Below are positions 49,953 to 58,667 of a stretch of 64,000 nt of DNA, piece by piece. Each line of letters starts with the position of its first letter. Within the stretch, counting starts at the first letter, position 1. The stretch spans positions 96,001 to 160,000 of the forward strand of contig JBFWNW010000002.1 in NCBI GenBank assembly GCA_050250855.1, given 5' to 3'. Below the pieces are notes generated by a model. The model ran no database searches. It was not told the DNA's origin and saw nothing but the letters and a program-made list of their open reading frames with translations. The position numbers and the translations under genes are program-made. The DNA comes from Candidatus Babeliales bacterium. Lineage in GTDB: Bacteria > Babelota > Babeliae > Babelales > JACPOV01.

Positions 49953-50971
49953 AAAATATCAAGATTCAAATCAGAATATTCATTCTTTTTTGCTTTATAA
50001 TTGCCAACAAAAGCGATCATGGCAGCATTATCGGTACAAAATTGTGCTTGCGGAGAAAAAAATTCTAAGCCATGTTCTTGGCAATATTCTTTGATTGCTT
50101 GTTTTATAAATTTATTACAAGCAACGCCACCGACAAATGTAACCGCTTTTACGTGAGGATATTTTTTTAATGCCTGCGCAATTTTAATAATAAAAATATC
50201 TTTTATAGCAACCAGCAAAGAGCTGGCAACTTGCTTTTTAAGTTCCGGAGTCAATAAAGAAGTTTGTTTTTTTTCTGCAAGATTATAAGCGCCCTTTTTT
50301 ACTAAATCATAGAGCACAGCAGTTTTTAGGCCAGAAAAACTAAAATCAGGAGAATCTATTGATGCACGCGGATAATGAAAAAAATCTTGAAAATGCTCTT
50401 CTTGTGCTAGTTTTTCAATAATAGGTCCGCCAGGATAAGCAAGATTTAATAATTTTGCTATTTTATCAAAAGCTTCACCGGCAGCATCATCACGCGTTTG
50501 GCCTATAACTTCATAATCACCAAAATCTTTTACAAGATATAATGAAGTATGCCCTCCTGATGCAGTTAAACACAAATGAGGAAATGGTGGTGTATTATCT
50601 AAGAATGAAGAAAATGCATGCCCTTCTAAATGATTAACGCCAATAAGTTTTTTATGCTGCGCCCATGCGATAGCTTTTGCAAAACAGACTCCTACAAGCA
50701 GTGACCCAGGAAGGCCCGGTTTATTAGTTACTGCAATAGCGTCAATATCTGCCCAGGTTTTGCCAGCTTTATCTAAAGCTAATTGTACAATCTGTGGTAT
50801 TTTTTCAATATGTGAACGTGATGCTACTTCGGGCACTACGCCACCATATTTTTTATGTAGTTCTGTTTGTGAAAAAAGTTCATTAGAAAGAACGCCATGT
50901 TCTTTAGAATATACTGCTGCTGCGGTTTCATCACATGATGATTCTATACCAAGAATAATATGATCTTGCAC
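49949..50971 (-). CDS. tsaD: tRNA threonylcarbamoyltransferase TsaD
   Basis: GIESSCDET, GGVVPEVASRSH, NHLEGH, SGGHT, GEAFDK, TDNAAMI. Confidence 0.95.
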   Translation of the reverse strand: MQDHIILGIESSCDETAAAVYSKEHGVLSNELFSQTELHKKYGGVVPEVASRSHIEKIPQIVQLALDKAGKTWADIDAIAVTNKPGLPGSLLVGVCFAKAIAWAQHKKLIGVNHLEGHAFSSFLDNTPPFPHLCLTASGGHTSLYLVKDFGDYEVIGQTRDDAAGEAFDKIAKLLNLAYPGGPIIEKLAQEEHFQDFFHYPRASIDSPDFSFSGLKTAVLYDLVKKGAYNLAEKKQTSLLTPELKKQVASSLLVAIKDIFIIKIAQALKKYPHVKAVTFVGGVACNKFIKQAIKEYCQEHGLEFFSPQAQFCTDNAAMIAFVGNYKAKKNEYSDLNLDIF

Positions 50972-50981
50972 GGTAAGTTTC

Positions 50982-51671
50982 CTAGACTATTGGTTTTCTT
51001 GTATTAAAGGGCATGGAGAGCATTCTATTGTTTGCATAAGGGATTGAAGCAAGATTTGCTTTTTTGTGTAAAAATTTAAAATCAAGCAAAGAAAGTTTCA
51101 TTTTATCTGCAAGGTCATAGAGCATTGCTTTAGTAATCGATTCTTTAAGCTTAATAATAGGAAGCTGTAGAATGTTGCTTTCTTTATGCCACGGCATTGG
51201 TTGGATCTTTTCAACAACGTTTGGATTGATAAACGTAATAATAGTATTATCAGGAATTTTTATACTTTTTTGCTTGGATATAACTTCTTCTATAGACCAT
51301 GTTGAGGTGCCATCATCAAGTATAGTGCGGGTGAGTTTAAAAAAGCGATACGGATGATCTGGGCTTGTAGAAAGAGATTCTACCAAGGTATTTTCTGGTA
51401 GAGCAAGATAATCAGTAATGAGGACATACAGTGTTTCTGGTTTTTCCTCTTCATACAATTCAAAATGGGCTTTATGTGAATCACCAGTGGTTTCCACCTT
51501 TGCACTATATTCTTTGCCTTTAAAAAGAATAGGAAGTTCAAGTTCTCTATCAATAGAAACGTTAAACTGAATTGATCCTAATAAAATAACGCTCTTTGGC
51601 ATGGGGAATGAGGTATTGGCGCAAGTCCAGCTGCAAAAAAATAAAGGGAATAATGACAGTATTTTTTTCAT
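50982..51671 (-). CDS. Hypothetical exported protein
   Basis: MKKILSLFPLFFCSWTCA signal peptide; aagga RBS. Confidence 0.65.
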   Translation of the reverse strand: MKKILSLFPLFFCSWTCANTSFPMPKSVILLGSIQFNVSIDRELELPILFKGKEYSAKVETTGDSHKAHFELYEEEKPETLYVLITDYLALPENTLVESLSTSPDHPYRFFKLTRTILDDGTSTWSIEEVISKQKSIKIPDNTIITFINPNVVEKIQPMPWHKESNILQLPIIKLKESITKAMLYDLADKMKLSLLDFKFLHKKANLASIPYANNRMLSMPFNTRKPIV

Positions 51672-51762
51672 AAAGATTCCTTGCAATTGGTATTTTTTAT
51701 TCTTTATTCTTAGTGTATACTATACTATACGATTCGCAATTGCTTTTAAATAAAGACTTTCT

Positions 51763-52296
51763 ATGAACTCTTTTGTTAATTTTTTTAAAAAATATCTTAT
51801 ACAAGACCCATCGCCTGAGCGCTTAGCCCTTGCTGCATGCGTTGGCAATTTTATAGCATTTTCACCCTTTTTGGGCCTGCATACTGCTATGGTATTTTTT
51901 TGTGCATGGGCTTTTCGGCTTAATTTTCCCATTATGCTGGCAGTTTCTATGGCCATTAATAATCCTTGGACCTTAGTGCCCGTGTATCTTTCTGATTATA
52001 TTTTTGGTTATTGGCTTTCTTATTCAGTATTTAAGTTTAATTTTTGTTATCTGAATGCCTTAATTATGCAGTTTGTGAATGTAATGCCAGTTTTTGTAGC
52101 CCATGTTCTTGAAAGCGCAATACAGTATATTAACTATTCTTTTGAAGTGACTTTTGGCTTGCCAAAGCCCTGTATTTGGTCATTTTTGATAGGAGGCAAT
52201 ATATTAGGACTCGTGACAAGTCTTATGCTTTATCCTATAATAAGAGGACTTTTTGCTAAATTAGCACGTGAATTGGAAGTACCTAAGGCCTTATGA
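51763..52296 (+). CDS. DUF2062-like membrane protein
   Basis: SPERLALA..G..P..GLHT, NNPWT..P. Confidence 0.75.
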   Translation: MNSFVNFFKKYLIQDPSPERLALAACVGNFIAFSPFLGLHTAMVFFCAWAFRLNFPIMLAVSMAINNPWTLVPVYLSDYIFGYWLSYSVFKFNFCYLNALIMQFVNVMPVFVAHVLESAIQYINYSFEVTFGLPKPCIWSFLIGGNILGLVTSLMLYPIIRGLFAKLARELEVPKAL

Positions 52297-52745
52297 AAAT
52301 TATTGCACAAAATAAAAAAGCATTTCATGATTATTCTATGGTTGATACCTTAGAAGCAGGTATTGTACTGAGCGGTGACGAAGTAAAATCTATTCGCGCC
52401 GGCCATGTTTCTTTGGTTGGTTCATATGCAACCATTCATCAAGGAGAGCTTTTTTTACTCAATTGCAACATTTCTGCTTATAAACAAGCTTTTGAAAAGC
52501 GTGATGATTTAGCAACGCGCAGCAGAAAGCTGCTTATCCACAAACATGAGCTTGATAAAATTACCGGCCAAATTGCCCAAAAAGGCATTACGGTTGTTCC
52601 TTTAAAAATTTACTTGAATGAAAAAGGCCGCATTAAGGTTGAGCTTGGTATAGCTAAACATAAAAATGCTCCTGACAAAAAGAAGGCGCTCAAAGAGCGC
52701 GATATTAAACGAGAAACTTCTCGCGAACTTAAAAAATTCAGGTAA
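52293..52745 (+). CDS. smpB: SsrA-binding protein
   Basis: NKKAFHDY, EAGIVLSGDEVKSIR, RKLLIHK, VPLKIY, DKK. Confidence 0.95.
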   Translation: MKIIAQNKKAFHDYSMVDTLEAGIVLSGDEVKSIRAGHVSLVGSYATIHQGELFLLNCNISAYKQAFEKRDDLATRSRKLLIHKHELDKITGQIAQKGITVVPLKIYLNEKGRIKVELGIAKHKNAPDKKKALKERDIKRETSRELKKFR

Positions 52746-52810
52746 AATCTACTATGCGCTCATCCCGAGTGATTTTGATGAAATCAAAATTGTATCGAGG
52801 GATAAAGGTC

Positions 52811-52839
52811 TTGACATTAAGCCTATTTTTTGTTACTAT
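52811..52839 (+). promoter_or_regulatory. Sigma70-type promoter of ssrA
   Basis: TTGACA-17 nt-TACTAT about 28 nt upstream of the mature tmRNA 5' end. Confidence 0.7.
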
Positions 52840-52867
52840 TTGAATAGAAAAATCATTGAAATTTCCT

Positions 52868-53245
52868 GGGGGCGTCAAGGCTTCGACGTGCTCTTGATAG
52901 CTCAGAAAGCATGCCAAGTTTCGGCTGAGAACTTGTAAAAAAGCAGTCAAAATAATAAATGCAAACCAATTTGGTTTCACTCCAGCTGTAAATGACGCTG
53001 TTTGGGCGTAATTTAAGTTAGAGCTGGTCACAATGCGTTTCTGCCCGTTGCGTGACTCGTATAATAATCGGTAGGACTTTTCTTGCGAGGGTCTCCAGCA
53101 GTGTAGCAAGGATCGTATCACGGAGCTGGTTCTTACACTAATCTGTGTTTTTGAGGTAGTGTATGAATAGAATCAAAAACTAAGCATGTAGCGTTTTGAG
53201 TTTGATATTGTGCGGACATGGGTTCGATTCCCATCGCCTCCACCA
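52868..53245 (+). ncRNA. ssrA: tmRNA
   Basis: 5' GGGGGCG..GGCTTCGAC; 3' T-arm ATGGGTTCGATTCCCAT + CGCCTCCACCA; tag ORF 52961-53011 ANQFGFTPAVNDAVWA*; follows smpB. Confidence 0.95.
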
Positions 53246-53447
53246 GTCTACGCTTATCCGGGTCTTCCGACTCGGCAAGCTTCGACTGGCGCGGCCAGTT
53301 TTTTAAAGGATTGATAAAAATTATTTTTGGCAAGAGGAAGCGAAAGCTGCCCGGCATGGCCAGTAGCTGAGAAATTTTATATTTTTTATAGATTTTAGTA
53401 CAAAACAAATATTCCGTTTCGCCTGAGTTTATCGAAGGCGTAAACGT
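53246..53447. repeat. GC-rich palindromic/REP-like segments immediately 3' of tmRNA
   Basis: actggcgcggccagt palindrome; ccgtttcgcctgagtttatcgaagg resembles the REP right arm. Confidence 0.55.
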
Positions 53448-53449
53448 CT

Positions 53450-54028
53450 TTATCCATACCACCAACTGTAAAAATAGTGCCTTGCAAGTAATCCTAATCC
53501 AAACCAACAGGCATTGTACATAATATTCGTAGAACTACTCTGCTTTGCTTCTTGACCGAATATTTGACGAACAGCATTACGAATATTGTCTGGTGTTTTT
53601 TCTTTTAGATTGTTAAGTTTTTGTGTTAAATCAGTTATTAAAAGTTCTCGTGCTTTTTCTTCGCCAGAGCCAATCAGCTGCGCAAGCCCTTCAGGATAAT
53701 TTGCTTTATGCAAAGCCTCTTCTAAAATTCCTTTGTGTGAAATAGCCTTTTTGAACTCTTCAATATCTTTGTTAGAAAAGACATTAGTTTTTACCCCTTG
53801 CAAAAAAAGCTCTACAAATGCAGCTTCATACTCAGATTGTTGCATGCTTGCTGGTAAATTTCTTTGCCATTCTGTTACGAGCGTGCTGAAATTGGTACGC
53901 GTATTTTCTTCTGCCGTATTTTCTGTATGCAAATAACTATCATTCAGCGTTAAAATAGTTTGTTTTTGCATGCTATGTATATATACAGAAGTAATACAAA
54001 ATAGCATGCAAACAGTATGTTTAATCAT
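53450..54028 (-). CDS. Hypothetical secreted protein with aromatic C-terminal tail
   Basis: Signal peptide; shares motifs with 54035..54778. Confidence 0.65.
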   Translation of the reverse strand: MIKHTVCMLFCITSVYIHSMQKQTILTLNDSYLHTENTAEENTRTNFSTLVTEWQRNLPASMQQSEYEAAFVELFLQGVKTNVFSNKDIEEFKKAISHKGILEEALHKANYPEGLAQLIGSGEEKARELLITDLTQKLNNLKEKTPDNIRNAVRQIFGQEAKQSSSTNIMYNACWFGLGLLARHYFYSWWYG

Positions 54029-54034
54029 TACGCG

Positions 54035-54778
54035 TTAAGCACAATCAGATTTTTTAGGCCAAAGCAAATTAGTAAGATATGAAGCGCTTGCAGTAAATGG
54101 CGTTGTAACATAGCTGCTGATGCTTTCCCAGCTTGATGAAGCATCAGTATTCAAGTGATGTGCCGCTGCATATTCTTCTAATTTTTCTTTAATGCTATCG
54201 GGTATATGGTTTGAGTTTTCAAGGAGTTTAATAATGAGCTTTTCAATTTTTTGTTTGATGAATGGTGGAAGGTTTTCTATTTTTTCATGGAAATCTTCAA
54301 TTTTCTGGCCAATTTCTGTTTCTGTTAACTGTGCAATGCGCATTTCTATGCGTTTGCGGATAAACTCTCTGAATTTATTGATTAAGTCAATTTCAACATC
54401 GCCAATGAGTTCTACTAATGCTTCTTCAAGATCTGTTTTTTCAAGGATACTTTCTAGAGCACCTTTATTGAAGATACGGCGCAAATATTTAGTTTCTCTG
54501 GTATGAAAATCATGTTCAATAGCAGCAATTAAATAAACAAAAAACTGCTCTTCATACTCAAGCTGTGAAACTGTTTTTCCACGTAAACTTTCTGTCCATC
54601 TTTCAAGCGCTGCATATACTAAACCAAGTTCTTCACTGACATGCTCCGGTTTGTGTGCTGCAAGATAGCCGCCATCTATAGTTATTTTTGTGCTTTCAGA
54701 TTTTTTTGCTTTTGTTTCAGCTTCTTGGCACAGGATGCCATTTGTTATAATAAAAGCGAATATATAATATTTTTTCAT
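54035..54778 (-). CDS. Hypothetical secreted helical protein
   Basis: Signal peptide, aggag RBS; paralog-like to 53450..54028. Confidence 0.7.
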   Translation of the reverse strand: MKKYYIFAFIITNGILCQEAETKAKKSESTKITIDGGYLAAHKPEHVSEELGLVYAALERWTESLRGKTVSQLEYEEQFFVYLIAAIEHDFHTRETKYLRRIFNKGALESILEKTDLEEALVELIGDVEIDLINKFREFIRKRIEMRIAQLTETEIGQKIEDFHEKIENLPPFIKQKIEKLIIKLLENSNHIPDSIKEKLEEYAAAHHLNTDASSSWESISSYVTTPFTASASYLTNLLWPKKSDCA

Positions 54779-54866
54779 AAAACTTTCTCCTTAATTTTTA
54801 TGTCAAAAATAGTTCGTTACCACTCTAATATTCATAATTAGTATATGTCAAGATTAGGGTTAATAA

Positions 54867-54895
54867 CAAAAAAGGGCCCCTTAAGGACCCTTTTG
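54867..54895. terminator. Terminator-like hairpin
   Basis: aaaagggccc-ctta-aggacccttttg after the stop of 54921..55370. Confidence 0.55.
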
Positions 54896-54920
54896 ATTTT
54901 AGAGTTTTATCATGTAGTAT

Positions 54921-55370
54921 TTAAGGCTTTTTTGTAAAAAAGTTGAAAGGATTTATATCTATATTGAAATAGTTGGTAGTAAGCCAGCCTAGACCAAAAA
55001 ATGCTGAAATGCCAGCTGACCAGGTCAATGTTCGTCTGCTTGGTATTAAATCTTGTTTGCCAGGAAGTTTGCTGGCTATTTTTGAGAGGCATGAATTTTC
55101 TTGGTTTTCCTTTTTTACAAATTGACTAAGACGATCTGGATGAAGGTTATTCAAGAGGCTTGCATCTATAGCTGCAGGAAGGTTTTCAGTTGGTAGAAGA
55201 CCCAGTTTTTGAAAAGCTTGTATAGTGTGCGGATTTAATTCCATAGATTGGCTACCTAGTGTCATGGTAACGTTTTGAACTTCAAGTTTTGGAGTTTGAT
55301 TCTCCTGAGCCGTTACTACCCCACTTGCTAAAGCAACTACAATGCAAACTATGCGACGTGTATATTTCAT
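54921..55370 (-). CDS. Hypothetical protein with signal peptide and C-terminal TM
   Basis: ATG 55370 with gagga RBS; WSAGISAFFGLGWL tail. Confidence 0.65.
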   Translation of the reverse strand: MKYTRRIVCIVVALASGVVTAQENQTPKLEVQNVTMTLGSQSMELNPHTIQAFQKLGLLPTENLPAAIDASLLNNLHPDRLSQFVKKENQENSCLSKIASKLPGKQDLIPSRRTLTWSAGISAFFGLGWLTTNYFNIDINPFNFFTKKP

Positions 55371-55459
55371 AATTAGGTCCTCTTTTTTAAACATTAAACA
55401 TAAAATGCCAGTCACATTCTAGTACGTAATAATCAGTTTTGTCAAAAAAATAGAACTAT

Positions 55460-55906
55460 TTAATCAAGAAATGTTGATTTTATCCACCAGCAAAGGCCTA
55501 TGAGGGATGCAGTAAACCCTGCTGTTAGTGCATGTGATCTCCAGCCAGGTTTAAACCAGTAGTAATGCGCATTGTATGATTGCACAAAGTTAGTAACATT
55601 ATGATCTAGCTTTGCAACATGTTTTAGCTTTAGATAATTAAGTTCTGTTTGTAAAAAATCTTTTGTATATGCATTACCAAATTTTGTTAATCTAGTATCA
55701 AGGCTAATGTATTGCTGTTTTTTAAGAAATTCATTTTGTTGTTTAAAGAAATCTTGTAATACATTATTATTGAGAGACTGATGCTCTTTTTTTGTTAACC
55801 TTTGTTGTTCCAGAGGATCTATTTCTTTTTTTAAAGGTTTTTGCATTGCCCCTAATGGCGCATAAGAACAGCTGAGTGCAATAAAGAGTGCCCAAATATA
55901 TACCAT
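55460..55906 (-). CDS. Hypothetical protein with signal peptide and C-terminal TM
   Basis: ..APLGA-MQK; ALTAGFTASLIGLCWW tail. Confidence 0.65.
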   Translation of the reverse strand: MVYIWALFIALSCSYAPLGAMQKPLKKEIDPLEQQRLTKKEHQSLNNNVLQDFFKQQNEFLKKQQYISLDTRLTKFGNAYTKDFLQTELNYLKLKHVAKLDHNVTNFVQSYNAHYYWFKPGWRSHALTAGFTASLIGLCWWIKSTFLD

Positions 55907-56015
55907 AAATATTCCTTACTTATATAACTATTGTTAAAAACTTTATACAAATTGTAGGCTTTCATAAAACTTTGTCAATTACATAGTAGTATGCAAAAAT
56001 GGGACACTTTTTAGT

Positions 56016-56210
56016 TGCCGTCCGAATACTTCGACCCATTCGACAGGATCTCAGACTTCGCATAAAAGCTGCGTCGGGCACGGCAGGGCAGGCAAGCTAA
56101 ATGGCCTTTAGTCCCGAGCAGCTGCAAAGCTGGCGAGGGGTCAGTACGAACGGCCTAAAGTGGTATTTTCTTTTCCGTTCGCCCTGAGCGAACGAAGTGA
56201 ATCGAAGGGT
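56016..56210. repeat. Nested REP-like palindromic element C
   Basis: Contains the reverse complement of the inner module of elements A and B (56103-56144) plus a ccgttcgccctgag..tcgaaggg arm. Confidence 0.8.
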
Positions 56211-56228
56211 AAAAAAAGGAGTTAGTTG

Positions 56229-57236
56229 ATGAAGATAGTATTTTTTGAATTGAACGAACAGTTTCATGATTCATTAAAACAAGCATTCCCGCATGATGAA
56301 CTATTATTTTTCGCAAATCCACTGCCGGAAAAAATACCAAATACTATAAAAGATGCAGATGTTCTTTCCATATTTATTTGTTCACAAGTTGATGCTGCAA
56401 TTTTGCAACAATTTTCCAAGCTTTCATTCATTGCCGTGCGTGCAACGGGCTATAATAATGTTGATATTAAAGTAGCACAAAAACGCGGTATTAAAGTATG
56501 CAATGTACCTTATTATGCAAGCCAAACGGTTGGAGAATTCACCTTTGCACTTTTGCTGAGTTTATCGCGCAAAATTAATCGCGCATATTATCATGTTGTT
56601 TACGAGCGGTCTTTTTCTATGGATTCATTACAAGGCTTTGACCTTGAAGGTAAAACGTTAGGCGTTGTAGGAACTGGCAATATTGGCAAACAGGTAATTC
56701 GTATTGCCAAAGCATTTGCCATGAACATTATTGCCTGCGATGCAAGGCCAGATACAGCGTATGCACAGCAGATGGGTTTTGCCTATTGCTCGTATCAAGA
56801 ATTATGCGCGCAAGCAGATATCATTACCTTTCATGTACCGCTCATAAAAGAAACAAAACATATGTTTAATAAAGAAACATTACCGTGGCTAAAAAAAGGC
56901 ATTTATATTATAAATACGGCGCGTGGTGGCATTATTCAAACAGATGCACTAGTGCAAGGGCTTGAGCAAGGTATTATTGCAGGCGCCGGGCTTGATGTTG
57001 TAGAAGAAGAATGTTACATGCGTAATCCAGCAGCAGTGCTTACGCACCATGCAGATGCGCATGAATATAAGGTTATGCTAGAGAATGATTATTTAATACA
57101 TCATCCGCGTGTTATTATAACGCCGCATATAGCATTTAATTCTAGAGAAGCGGTTGAGCGTTTAATTAAAACGACGATTGAAAATATTAAAGGGTGGCAC
57201 GCTGGTACGCCATGCAATCTTATTAATGAACAGTAA
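56229..57236 (+). CDS. D-isomer-specific 2-hydroxyacid dehydrogenase (D-lactate dehydrogenase-like)
   Basis: RATGYNNVD, GVVGTGNIG, HVPL, INTARG, LDV.EEE, TPHIAF. Confidence 0.9.
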   Translation: MKIVFFELNEQFHDSLKQAFPHDELLFFANPLPEKIPNTIKDADVLSIFICSQVDAAILQQFSKLSFIAVRATGYNNVDIKVAQKRGIKVCNVPYYASQTVGEFTFALLLSLSRKINRAYYHVVYERSFSMDSLQGFDLEGKTLGVVGTGNIGKQVIRIAKAFAMNIIACDARPDTAYAQQMGFAYCSYQELCAQADIITFHVPLIKETKHMFNKETLPWLKKGIYIINTARGGIIQTDALVQGLEQGIIAGAGLDVVEEECYMRNPAAVLTHHADAHEYKVMLENDYLIHHPRVIITPHIAFNSREAVERLIKTTIENIKGWHAGTPCNLINEQ

Positions 57237-57239
57237 ACA

Positions 57240-57270
57240 AAAGAGGGACCCGGAGAGGATCCCTTTTTGT
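57240..57270. terminator. Hairpin between convergent genes
   Basis: aaagaggga-ccc-ggag-agga-tcccttttt imperfect stem with T tract. Confidence 0.5.
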
Positions 57271-57287
57271 AAAAAATCTAATTAAAA

Positions 57288-58295
57288 TTAATTATTAAAT
57301 ACGTAAGCTTTGAGCAAATAAGCAGTTCCAAGGAATGCACCGAGGCCAAAAGTATACATAGCTTTTTTGCCTGGTCTAGTAAATGAGATAGTGATTTTGT
57401 TTGAATCTGTTATAGGTTGCATGCTTTGCTTATCTTGATCAGACGTTTCTGATTTTCTAACGATTACTACATTGAGTTTTTTTTCTACTTGATTTGCAAA
57501 TTCAGTAAGAGCTTGGTTTTCTGTACCGCCCAAATGAGCGTTAGTTACTTTTGGAAGAATAGTATTAAAGAGGTCCATGACTCTTGGATCGACTTGACCA
57601 AGATCATTTTGGCCTTGATTTTTCAAAACGCTTGTTAACCATCTATTTTTTTGTTCACTAAGAACATTTTCTTCATTGCTAAGCGCGCACTCTTGATATA
57701 GATTTTTATAATATTCATCAATATCGCCAGTGAGATTTTGATTTACTAGGGGGTAGTTAGTAGATTTTCCTGTGGCATGCGCTAAAACTTCTAGTTCAGC
57801 GACAGATCTAATATCTTTGAATCCAGCGATGGAGCCCGGGTTTTTTATTTCTTTTTCAACTGCTCTTCTCGTTTGTTCATTAAGTATTTCAAGAAGAATG
57901 TAATTGGTAGGTGTATCTTCTATTTGCTGGCCTCTTAGGAATTGATCTATAGCCAATTCATTTTGTTTTTTGAGTCTTTCTGCAAAATTGCTTAGTAATG
58001 TAGCAACAGCACCTTGTTCAATAAAATAATTGTTTTCTTCCTCTCGATTTATTACAAAATCTTTTTGAGGATCAAGTGATAAAAGCGCTTGGGCACATTC
58101 TGCAGAGACGGAAAATTGTACCGGAAGACCTTGTGTTTCTGTAAAATCTGGTACTTGATCGTCATTACTTTGGTGACTGTTTTGGTTATCTTGATGACGA
58201 CTGTCTCCGCTACCAATGCTTTGGAAATCTTCCATAGCACTCAGGTTGCCACTCAGTAAAAGCGCGGTAAGTATAAGGGAAAGTAGATTTTTCAT
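57288..58295 (-). CDS. Hypothetical protein with signal peptide and C-terminal TM
   Basis: ..SGNLSA-MEDF; MYTFGLGAFLGTAYLL tail. Confidence 0.7.
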   Translation of the reverse strand: MKNLLSLILTALLLSGNLSAMEDFQSIGSGDSRHQDNQNSHQSNDDQVPDFTETQGLPVQFSVSAECAQALLSLDPQKDFVINREEENNYFIEQGAVATLLSNFAERLKKQNELAIDQFLRGQQIEDTPTNYILLEILNEQTRRAVEKEIKNPGSIAGFKDIRSVAELEVLAHATGKSTNYPLVNQNLTGDIDEYYKNLYQECALSNEENVLSEQKNRWLTSVLKNQGQNDLGQVDPRVMDLFNTILPKVTNAHLGGTENQALTEFANQVEKKLNVVIVRKSETSDQDKQSMQPITDSNKITISFTRPGKKAMYTFGLGAFLGTAYLLKAYVFNN

Positions 58296-58457
58296 AAAAT
58301 TCCTTCTTTTTTTATTAATTTTTTTTCATGGGAAACGACTGCCATATTTTAGTACATATTCATGTATATTGTCAAAATTAAAAAATGGTTGCAAATTATC
58401 AGAGGTGGTATATTTTTTTGTATATAATCTAAGGGCTTATCCATAAATTATTAATTT

Positions 58458-58616
58458 CGTTCGAATGCTTCGACAGGCTCAGCACGAACGACTCTAGGGT
58501 AAGCATTTTAACTCCGTTCGCCCTGACCCCTCGTCAGCTTTGCAGCTGCTCGGGACTAAAGGCAATTCGAGGGGAGCCTGCCCTGAGCTTGTCGAATGGG
58601 TCGAAGGGTGCGAACG
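58458..58616. repeat. Nested REP-like palindromic element B
   Basis: Both arms nearly identical to element A, with a different and shorter spacer. Confidence 0.85.
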
Positions 58617-58667
58617 CAGAATATGTTTTTTTGGGTCTATGGATAAGCACTAAAAAAAAGGATTTTT

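Noticed and set aside
52666..53507. ORFs 52666..52938, 52738..53121 and 53133..53507
   Set aside because: They overlap tmRNA, its promoter and the palindromic insert; spurious.
53245..58400. Prophage or integrative island at ssrA
   Set aside because: No integrase or phage genes, and I found no duplicated tmRNA 3' end in the window.
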